Part shown: one piece after another, positions 52,357 through 59,310 of the stretch | Position numbering within the stretch: the stretch's first letter is position 1 | Layout: the number at the start of each line of letters is the position of its first letter | NCBI GenBank assembly: GCA_021812345.1 | Contig: JAKANP010000004.1 | Location: forward strand, 1 to 59,310 | Direction: 5' to 3' | Source: a bacterium | GTDB lineage: Bacteria; Patescibacteriota; Minisyncoccia; UBA6257; JAGOQP01 | Length of the DNA stretch: 59,310 nucleotides | Translations under genes and position numbers: made by a program | Notes under the pieces: model-generated | Told to the model about the DNA's origin: nothing | Database searches by the model: none | Seen by the model: only the letters and a program-made list of their open reading frames with translations

Positions 52357-53577
52357 ATGTTTGAATTCATTAATGCGGCCGTTGGAAGTTTTTTCCAAAC
52401 CCTATTGGCGGTTGTTTGGATAGTTCTGCCTATTTTTTTATTTGCTCTTTTTTGGACGTTAAGGCTTTATCAAAAGAGGATAGAATTTCTTTCTAAAGTA
52501 AAATGGGTAATGCTGGAATTAAAACCTCCAAAAGATTTAATCAAAACTCCAAAATCAATGGAGCAGGTGTTTTCTTCGTTTTATGGAATATATTCGGGAG
52601 GAATAAAATGGCACGAAAAGTATCTTGACGGCAAGGTTGACCTTTGGATGTCTTTGGAAATGGTCGGACGCGGAGGAGGAACTCATTTTTATCTAAGATG
52701 TCCCGCGCAATTTAGAAATCTTGCCGAAGCGGCAATTTATGCTCAATATCCGGATGTTGAAATTGTTGAAACTCAGGATTATACGGAAGAAATGCCGGAG
52801 GTTTTGCCCAACGAAATATGGGATTTGTGGGGAGGCGGTTTTACGCTTGCCAAAAACAGCGCTTATCCGATAAAAACCTATCCTTATTTTGAAGAAGTTA
52901 AAGAAGAAAAAAGAATTGACCCGATATCAAACATTGCCGAAGCAATGTCTAAATTAAAAGATGATGAAATGATTTGGATTCAGCTTTTGGTAAGTCCTAC
53001 CGGAGCTCAAACCGGAAGTGATTTGAAAAAAGAATGCGAAGATGAAATAAAAAAAATAGTCGATTCTACTCGGGAACCGAAAGGAGAGGGGGAAACTATT
53101 TCTCTTGGTATGTGGAAATTAACTCCGGCTCAGCAGGATGTTATTAAAGCTATCGGCAACAAGGGCACTAAAATGCCGTTTCAGTTTTCGTTGAGAGCTA
53201 TTTATATAGACAAAAAAAATGAATTTACGATGTCAAATGTAGCCGCTTTGCGATCGGCTTTTCAACTTTTTAATACCAGTGATTTGAACGCTCTAAAAGG
53301 AGATAAGCTTTCCACCTCTTACGGAAAATTTTTAGGAAGAATTTTACCATGGTATAAACAATTTCAAATAAACTCTAAAAAAAGGAGAATATATGATTAT
53401 TACAGAAAAAGGAAATTCGGCTATTCGGGACGCTTGGTCTCGGAAGCGTTGCCGATTTTAAATACTGAGGAATTAGCTACTTTGTTTCATTTTCCGGCCG
53501 GCGTTGTCAAAGCGGCTAAACTTCAAACAATTTATTCCCGAAAAGGAGAGCCGCCGGTTAATCTTCCGATAGAATAA
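52357..53577 (+). CDS. Hypothetical membrane protein (2 N-terminal TM), partner of the downstream ATPase
   Basis: 406 aa. TM segments FFQTLLAVVWIVLPIFLFALFWTL are followed by a large soluble domain. The gene is separated by 17 nt from the VirD4/TraD-like ATPase gene. No family was recognised. Confidence 0.65.
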   Translation: MFEFINAAVGSFFQTLLAVVWIVLPIFLFALFWTLRLYQKRIEFLSKVKWVMLELKPPKDLIKTPKSMEQVFSSFYGIYSGGIKWHEKYLDGKVDLWMSLEMVGRGGGTHFYLRCPAQFRNLAEAAIYAQYPDVEIVETQDYTEEMPEVLPNEIWDLWGGGFTLAKNSAYPIKTYPYFEEVKEEKRIDPISNIAEAMSKLKDDEMIWIQLLVSPTGAQTGSDLKKECEDEIKKIVDSTREPKGEGETISLGMWKLTPAQQDVIKAIGNKGTKMPFQFSLRAIYIDKKNEFTMSNVAALRSAFQLFNTSDLNALKGDKLSTSYGKFLGRILPWYKQFQINSKKRRIYDYYRKRKFGYSGRLVSEALPILNTEELATLFHFPAGVVKAAKLQTIYSRKGEPPVNLPIE

Positions 53578-53594
53578 AATTAATTATAAAAAAT

Positions 53595-55061
53595 ATGAAG
53601 GACATTCTTTATTTGGGCAAAACAAATTACAGGAATCAGGAGATAAAATTCGGCATCAAAGAAGATGACAGAAGGCGCCATGTTTATATAATCGGAAAAT
53701 CGGGAACTGGCAAAAGCACTCTTTTGTCAAATATGGTTTCCTCCGATATTGCAAACGGCAAAGGTGTTTGTTTGGTTGACCCTCACGGTGAAACAGCTGA
53801 AGAAATACTGAAATTAGTCCCCGAAGACAGAGTGGATGATGTTATTTATTTTAATCCTTCCGATATAAATTATCCGATGGCATTCAATCCGCTGGAAAGG
53901 GTGAGTAATGACAGCCGTCATTTGGTGGCGTCAGGACTAATGTCGGTGTTTAAAAAAATATGGCCGGATGTTTGGTCGGCAAGAATGGAGTATATTTTAA
54001 ATAATACACTGCTTGCTCTTTTGGAATATCCCAATTCAACTTTGCTTGGAATAATGAAAATGTTTTCCGATAAAGAATACAGAAAAACTATCGTCAATAA
54101 TTTACAGGATCCGGTGGTTAAATCTTTTTGGACCGATGAGTTTGCTAAATACACTCAAAAATTGGAAACCGAGGCTGTTGCCGCTATCCAAAATAAAGTC
54201 GGTCAATTTGTCGCCAATCCTCTTATAAGAAATATTATCGGTCAGCCTCATTCATCCTTTGATTTCAGAAAAGTAATGGACGATGGTAAAATTTTTATTG
54301 CCAATTTATCAAAAGGAAAAATAGGAGAAGACAACTCTTCTTTGCTCGGCGCGATGGTGGTTACCAAAATACAGTTGGCGGCGATGTCACGTTCGGGAAC
54401 CGCAAATAAGGATTTGAAAGATTTTTATTTGTATGTGGACGAATTTCAAAATTTTGCGACCGAATCTTTTGCTACCATTCTTTCGGAGGCAAGAAAATAC
54501 AAGCTTAATTTAATAGTTGCTCATCAATATATAGATCAGCTGTCGGAAGAGGTGAGGTCGGCGGTTTTCGGGAACGTTGGGACGATGATAGTTTTCCGAG
54601 TCGGCGCTACCGATGCCGAATTTTTAGAAAAAGAATTCTTTCCCGATTTTTTGGCAAATGACTTTGTTAATCTTCCAAATTTTCACGTTTATGTAAAATT
54701 AATGATAGACGGTATGACCTCAAAGCCGTTTTCGGCAAGAACATTGCCTCCGATGGAAACTTCCGGAAGCCCGATGTTTGATGCCATAATTGATGTTTCT
54801 AGAGAAAAATATGCATTGCCGAAAGAGTCGGTTGATAAAAAAATAGCCAGTGAATATTATTCAGAAGAAAAAATTGCTCAGGATTTGGTAAATAGAAAGA
54901 ACGAAACGCCTTTGGCGGATATTCTCAAAAAAGAAATTCATAAAGATGAAAGGAAAAAAGAATACAAAAATCCCAACGAAAAGATTGACATTGGCGAATT
55001 AAAAGATATTATCAAAAAGGCGCTTGAACAGAAAGACAATAATCCTCCAAGCGATCTGTAA
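53595..55061 (+). CDS. VirD4/TraD/TraG-like (type IV secretion coupling-protein-like, FtsK/HerA superfamily) P-loop ATPase without its own TM anchor
   Basis: Walker A IIGKSGTGKST; CLVDPHGE; Walker B FYLYVDEFQNF; ARKYKLNLIVAHQY; GTMIVFRVG. This is the motif order seen in T4SS DNA-binding/coupling ATPases. No hydrophobic N-terminus is present. Confidence 0.7.
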   Translation: MKDILYLGKTNYRNQEIKFGIKEDDRRRHVYIIGKSGTGKSTLLSNMVSSDIANGKGVCLVDPHGETAEEILKLVPEDRVDDVIYFNPSDINYPMAFNPLERVSNDSRHLVASGLMSVFKKIWPDVWSARMEYILNNTLLALLEYPNSTLLGIMKMFSDKEYRKTIVNNLQDPVVKSFWTDEFAKYTQKLETEAVAAIQNKVGQFVANPLIRNIIGQPHSSFDFRKVMDDGKIFIANLSKGKIGEDNSSLLGAMVVTKIQLAAMSRSGTANKDLKDFYLYVDEFQNFATESFATILSEARKYKLNLIVAHQYIDQLSEEVRSAVFGNVGTMIVFRVGATDAEFLEKEFFPDFLANDFVNLPNFHVYVKLMIDGMTSKPFSARTLPPMETSGSPMFDAIIDVSREKYALPKESVDKKIASEYYSEEKIAQDLVNRKNETPLADILKKEIHKDERKKEYKNPNEKIDIGELKDIIKKALEQKDNNPPSDL

Positions 55062-55085
55062 TAATTAAAATTAATTTATTTTTTT

Positions 55086-55655
55086 ATGTTATCTTATAAC
55101 GAATTAAAACCGGGAATGTTTTTTACTTATGAAGGTTCTCTTTATGAAGTTCAAGAGGCCAATTTTTTGCGTATGCAACAAAGAAAACCGGTAATGAAAA
55201 CCAAACTCAAGGATTTGGTTACGGGCAAAGTTAAAGAACAATCTTTTCAAATGAGTGATCAGCTCGAAGAAGCGGAGCTTGATAAAATGAAAGCTGTTTT
55301 TTTATATGAAAACCGCGGACAATATTGGTTTAATGAATTGGGAAATCCTAAAAACAGATTTTTCTTTACATCCGAACAGCTTGGTATTAAAGCTCAATTT
55401 TTAAAACCCAATACGGAAATTTTAGTTATCAAGTGGGAAGATAAGATTATAAATATTCAATTGCCGATTAAAATGGATCTTAAAATAGTTGAAGCTCCTC
55501 CGAACTTTAAGGGAGATACCGCTACCGGAGGAACCAAAACTGTTGTTCTTGAAACCGGCGCTAAAATCAATGTCCCGATGTTTGTGAATGAAAACGACGT
55601 TGTCAGGGTAAATACCGAAACCGGAGATTATGTGGAAAGAGTCGATAAGGCTTAA
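55086..55655 (+). CDS. efp: Elongation factor P
   Basis: 189 aa. The N-terminal KOW-like YNELKPGMFFTYEGSLYEVQEANF... is followed by two OB-like domains (...GDTATGGTKTVVLETGAKINVPMFV). Confidence 0.9.
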   Translation: MLSYNELKPGMFFTYEGSLYEVQEANFLRMQQRKPVMKTKLKDLVTGKVKEQSFQMSDQLEEAELDKMKAVFLYENRGQYWFNELGNPKNRFFFTSEQLGIKAQFLKPNTEILVIKWEDKIINIQLPIKMDLKIVEAPPNFKGDTATGGTKTVVLETGAKINVPMFVNENDVVRVNTETGDYVERVDKA

Positions 55656-55809
55656 AATAAGAATATAGAATGTCGGATTTTAAGCAAAAAGCGTCCTAAC
55701 GGGCGCTTTGTTAATAACAAAACACATTAATTCCTCGGTTTCAATATTGAAACCGTAAATTTTTATAAAATGTTTTGATTTTGGTATTATTTTAATATAG
55801 ATTATTTTG

Positions 55810-56913
55810 ATGTTTTCTAAATTTAAAAACAAAAGAATATTGGTAGCTATGTCCGGAGGGGTGGATTCTTCTGTGGCGGCTTTGTTATTAAAAAAAGACG
55901 GTTATGACATAGCCGGGGCTTTTATTAGGGGCTATAACGTAGATGGTTGCCAGGATAGGGATGCGGAAGATGCGCGGCTGGTTTGCGAAAAAATAGAAAT
56001 CCCTTTTTATATTTTTAACTTTGAAGAAGAATATAAAAAAAGAGTAGTTGATTATTTGATAAACGGATATAAAAAGGGAATTACTCCCAATCCTGATGTC
56101 GTCTGCAACCGCGAAATAAAATTCGGGCTTTTATACGACAAAGCGATGGATCTCGGGTTTGATTTTGTTGCCTCGGGACACTATGCCATTAATAAAATCA
56201 AAAATCAAAAATCAAAAATAAAAATTTTAGAAAGAAAAGAGGGGGTTTATATAGCCAAGGACGGAAATAAAGACCAGTCGTATTTTTTGTGGGATGTGCC
56301 GCTAAACAGATTTGAGCATCTGGTATTTCCGTTGGGAAAAATAAAAAAACCTAAAGTGAGAAGGATTGCTAAAAAGGCAGATTTGCCTGTTGCTGAGAAA
56401 AAAGATTCGCAGGGAATTTGTTTTTTGGGTAAATTTGATTTCGGTGATTTTTTAAGAGAAAACATAAAAACTAAAAATGGAGACATATTAGATGCCGATG
56501 GAAACAAAGTCGGAGAGCATGACGGTGTCTGGCTTTATACCATCGGCCAGAAACACGGATTTAAAAATTTCTCCGGCCGTCAATTTTATGTCATCGGAAA
56601 GAATTTGGATAAAAATGAATTGATTGTTGATTATGATGAAAGCGAAAAATTGTATTGCAAAAAATTTGAAATTACGGATATAAATTTTCTGGATCATGAT
56701 TTTGAAAATAATTTTGATTTGGGAAAGCAAATTAATGTTTTTATCAGAAACCGTTATAGGCAAGAACTTAAAAAAGCTGTTATTAAAAAATTGGCTCAAA
56801 ATAAGGCTGAAATTGAGCTCAAAAAGTCCGACAAAATTTTTCCCGCTTCGGGGCAGTCAACGGTATTTTATAACAATAAGGGACAAATGCTTGGAGGGGG
56901 AATAATAATTTAG
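55810..56913 (+). CDS. mnmA: tRNA 2-thiouridine(34) synthase
   Basis: PP-loop VAMSGGVDSSVAA; TPNPDVVCNREIKFG; catalytic Cys context KDSQGICF. The ORF track begins 3 nt earlier at a TTG. Confidence 0.92.
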   Translation: MFSKFKNKRILVAMSGGVDSSVAALLLKKDGYDIAGAFIRGYNVDGCQDRDAEDARLVCEKIEIPFYIFNFEEEYKKRVVDYLINGYKKGITPNPDVVCNREIKFGLLYDKAMDLGFDFVASGHYAINKIKNQKSKIKILERKEGVYIAKDGNKDQSYFLWDVPLNRFEHLVFPLGKIKKPKVRRIAKKADLPVAEKKDSQGICFLGKFDFGDFLRENIKTKNGDILDADGNKVGEHDGVWLYTIGQKHGFKNFSGRQFYVIGKNLDKNELIVDYDESEKLYCKKFEITDINFLDHDFENNFDLGKQINVFIRNRYRQELKKAVIKKLAQNKAEIELKKSDKIFPASGQSTVFYNNKGQMLGGGIII

Positions 56914-56946
56914 TATTTAGTATCTTGTATTTGGTATTTTGTATGA
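56912..56946. repeat. Five tandem heptads (nGTATnT)
   Basis: AGTATTT AGTATCT TGTATTT GGTATTT TGTATGA. The repeat lies directly after the mnmA stop and ~55 nt upstream of an extended -10 (TGcTATAAC, 56998-57006). Confidence 0.85.
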
Positions 56947-57042
56947 ATACAATTTTACGCATCGTGTTTGGGTGTGAAATTTAAGGCGCTGGATGTCTGC
57001 TATAACTGTGGTATTCTAAGGTCAGAACTTTGGAGGGGGGTT

Positions 57043-57450
57043 ATGGGGTGGCCGGCAAAGAAAATTGAGCGTTCCGATCTATCTTTGGTCAGGCGCGCAA
57101 GGAAAATACTTGAAAAAAATGATTCGTTTCTTCTTGTTTTTGATGTAAAAGGAAGTAAAAATTGGAATGCAACAATCGGCTTGGAAGAGCTCTACCGTCG
57201 AGTGGATGAATTTTGTCGTAAGGTCACTAAAATATATAAGAAAAATATAGTTCGCGGTGAACGCACCGGGTCTTCTTATTTTGAATCTTTTATCAGAATT
57301 ATCGGAGATGGCGGAGGTGGGTATTTTAACAGCGCAGAAGTGATAGTAGAAATCATGGCTCTGGCTCACAAAGAACTTTATCCGATAGAATTTTGGTGGA
57401 ATGTAGCCGAAAATATTTGGGACGAAGAAAATTCAAGAATCATCGCATAG
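57043..57450 (+). CDS. Small hypothetical protein with nucleotide-cyclase/SatD-like motifs (start moved to an internal ATG)
   Basis: A strong RBS GGAGGGGGG precedes ATG 57043, and the extended -10 at 56998-57006 lies downstream of the ORF-track start. Motifs FLLVFDVKGSKNW and IRIIGDGGGGYF resemble the two metal-binding Asp strands of class III cyclase/GGDEF/SatD palm domains. This is weak, by eye only. Confidence 0.55.
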   Translation: MGWPAKKIERSDLSLVRRARKILEKNDSFLLVFDVKGSKNWNATIGLEELYRRVDEFCRKVTKIYKKNIVRGERTGSSYFESFIRIIGDGGGGYFNSAEVIVEIMALAHKELYPIEFWWNVAENIWDEENSRIIA

Positions 57451-57501
57451 CGGCGTTAAAGCCGCTTTTTGTTTTTTATTTTATGTTTTATACTGATTAG
57501 G

Positions 57502-58029
57502 ATGATTGTTGTTTTTACCGGAAATGGAAAGGGAAAAACGACCGCAACTATTGGTCAAATGTTGCGGGCTGTTGGGCAAGGAAGAAAGACAATAATGTTT
57601 CAATTTATAAAAGGCCCGTGGACTTCAGGGGAGCATAAATTTTTGAAGCTACACAAGTCGTTGAAGGGAAAATTGGAAATTCATCGAGAAGGCAAGGGAT
57701 TTGTCGGAATTTTAGGGGATAAACTCCCGATAGAAGTTCATAAGAAAGCCGCTCAGGAAGCCCTCAAAAAATCGGCACAAGCGATTAAATCAAAAAAGTG
57801 GGATATTGTTGCTCTTGATGAGGTTAATGTCGCCGTTTCTTTGGGATTAATAAAAGCGGGTGAGGTTTTAAAAGTTATAAAAAACGAACCTCAAAAAATG
57901 ATTGTGGTTTTGAGCGGTCGAGGAGCGCCGGATAATTTTATAAAAAGGGCCGACTTAGTTACCGAGATGAAGGAGATTAAGCATCCTTTTAATAGCGGGA
58001 AAAAAGCGGAGGTGGGATTTGAGTGGTAA
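57502..58029 (+). CDS. cobO: Cob(I)yrinic acid a,c-diamide / corrinoid adenosyltransferase (CobA/CobO/BtuR type)
   Basis: P-loop VFTGNGKGKTTAT, FQFIKG and DEVNVAVSLGLI. The start is set at ATG 57502 because the ORF-track start lies within the upstream terminator (57449-57478). Confidence 0.85.
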   Translation: MIVVFTGNGKGKTTATIGQMLRAVGQGRKTIMFQFIKGPWTSGEHKFLKLHKSLKGKLEIHREGKGFVGILGDKLPIEVHKKAAQEALKKSAQAIKSKKWDIVALDEVNVAVSLGLIKAGEVLKVIKNEPQKMIVVLSGRGAPDNFIKRADLVTEMKEIKHPFNSGKKAEVGFEW

Positions 58030-58041
58030 GTAAAATCAAAA

Positions 58042-59310
58042 ATGAGCATTGGCAGAAAAAGTTTTTTATTTTTTATATTTTTTATAATTGGAATTTTTAT
58101 CGCCGGTTTTAAAATTGATTTAATATATATATTGCTTGGAAATTGTTTTATTTCTTTAATTTTAATTTTCTTTGGAATTTTAAAATCCGATCGGGATTTT
58201 TTTATTGTAAGTTTTTTAATCTTGACGATTTTTGCGGGCGCTTTTTATTTAAGGGCTTTTAATTATATTTCATCTTCAAGCACATCGGTTATTTTTGATA
58301 AAAACGTAAAAATTTCCGGCATAATCGATTCCTATCCTAAAATATCGGAAAAATCTCAAGAATTTATTATAAAAATCGATAGCGGAAAATTGATTTCAGT
58401 TAGAACCTATTTGCAAAAAAATTTTTCTTATGGAGACAAGCTGGTTGTTAACGGGAAAATAAATTCTCTGGATGATAAAAATAATTATTTAAAAAAAGAC
58501 GGGATAACGGGAGTAATAAATTACCCATCGTTTATTTCAATAAAAAAATCGCAGGCGACTTTTTTAGGATTTTTATATTCTTTTAAAAATATTTTTTTGG
58601 AAACTTTTAAAAAAAATTTAAATCAAGATGAAGCGGCATTAATGAGTGGAATGCTTTTGGGACAGGAAGGGGCGGGATTTTCCGATAATTTCAAAAGCGC
58701 TATGAAAAATAGCGGCACCACTCATCTGGTCGCTTTATCCGGATATAATATAACGATTTTAATTTCGTCATTATTTTTTATTTTAAGCTTCTTTATGCCC
58801 AAAAGAATCGGTTTTTGGATTTCTTTGTTGGCAATAATTTTATTTGTTTTAATGACCGGGGCCCAAAGTTCTGTTATTCGGGCGGCTTTTATGGGTTCGC
58901 TGTTGATTATCTCCAAGCGACTTTCCAGAATTTATAGTTTTGCTCAAGCAATGTCTTTTTCAGCTTTTTTGATGCTTGCATTAAACCCGACTATTTTAAA
59001 ATTTGATATCGGATTTGTTCTTTCTTTTGTCTCGCTTGCGGGAATAACTTATCTGATGCCTATTTTGTCGTTTTCTTTTTTATCAAAAAATAAAACAAAT
59101 ATTTTGAGTGAATTTAAAAAAATATTTTTTGAAACTTTATCGGCTCAATTAGCTGTTTTGCCGATTCTATCTTTTTATTTTGGAGGATTTTCTTTCACCG
59201 GACTGATGTCTAATATTTTGATTTTGCCGCTTGTCCCGATAACTATGTTTTTGGGATTTTTTGTTGGATTTTTGGGGATTATCTGGGTGCCATTGGCGCG
59301 CATCGGCTCA
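58042..59310 (+). CDS. comEC: ComEC/Rec2 family DNA internalization channel protein, 3'-truncated by the window edge
   Basis: It is not in the ORF track because it has no stop. I translated 423 codons with no stop from ATG 58042. It is polytopic (MSIGRKSFLFFIFFIIGIFIAGF...) with an OB-like N-domain and the competence-domain motif SGTTHLVALSGYNITIL. Confidence 0.8.
   Translation, partial: MSIGRKSFLFFIFFIIGIFIAGFKIDLIYILLGNCFISLILIFFGILKSDRDFFIVSFLILTIFAGAFYLRAFNYISSSSTSVIFDKNVKISGIIDSYPKISEKSQEFIIKIDSGKLISVRTYLQKNFSYGDKLVVNGKINSLDDKNNYLKKDGITGVINYPSFISIKKSQATFLGFLYSFKNIFLETFKKNLNQDEAALMSGMLLGQEGAGFSDNFKSAMKNSGTTHLVALSGYNITILISSLFFILSFFMPKRIGFWISLLAIILFVLMTGAQSSVIRAAFMGSLLIISKRLSRIYSFAQAMSFSAFLMLALNPTILKFDIGFVLSFVSLAGITYLMPILSFSFLSKNKTNILSEFKKIFFETLSAQLAVLPILSFYFGGFSFTGLMSNILILPLVPITMFLGFFVGFLGIIWVPLARIGS

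Noticed and set aside
1-59310. Scan for CRISPR arrays, rRNA genes, transposases, integrases and prophage genes
   Set aside because: I saw no regularly spaced direct repeats with unique spacers, no rRNA-like conserved stretches, and no DDE/tyrosine-recombinase-like ORFs in the six-frame track. The only mobility-related gene is the LAGLIDADG endonuclease.

Overview
This window is AT-rich (about one-third G+C by eye), tightly packed and mostly + strand. It reads like a chromosome segment of a Candidate Phyla Radiation / Patescibacteria (Parcubacteria-like) bacterium; that placement is inferred from gene content, not a database hit. The housekeeping backbone is infB (N-terminally short)-rbfA, thyX, dnaG-rpoD, gatC-gatA, serS, pth, lepB, hisS, a HIT protein, rpsU, yqeY, ybeY, ftsA-ftsZ, class II B12-dependent nrdJ, a VKOR-like protein, secD-secF, a sigma-region-4/HARE-HTH protein, efp, mnmA, cobO and a 3'-truncated comEC. 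There are six tRNA genes: Cys-GCA, Leu-TAA, Glu-TTC, an atypical initiator-like CAT, a second CAT, and Asp-GTC. Accessory content: (1) an AIPR-like abortive-infection gene at the left edge, preceded on its own strand by a promoter, a ~150-nt structured RNA and a terminator. (2) A small cassette (2.8-4.3 kb) with two paralogous small proteins flanking a membrane-anchored protein, plus two copies of a long palindrome whose centre changed while staying self-complementary. (3) Two proteins with type IV prepilin N-termini fused to adhesin modules: a 1722-aa giant with Ig-like, FN3 and delta-60 repeats, and a 418-aa LamG fusion. (4) tRNA genes followed or preceded by partial duplicates of themselves around short GC-rich inserts. 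(5) A free-standing LAGLIDADG endonuclease overlapping tRNA-Asp, followed by a strikingly GC-rich, apparently foreign secreted-protein gene and a ~9.5-kb run of large secreted proteins (transglutaminase-like, beta-helix, PKD/FN3, LVIVD-like propeller). (6) A promoter/terminator-bounded three-helix RNA upstream of secDF. (7) An orphan pair of a membrane protein and a VirD4/TraD-like ATPase. (8) A small protein with nucleotide-cyclase/SatD-like motifs behind a heptad repeat. No CRISPR array, rRNA or transposase was seen. All family calls rest on motifs read by eye from the translations; no searches were run.
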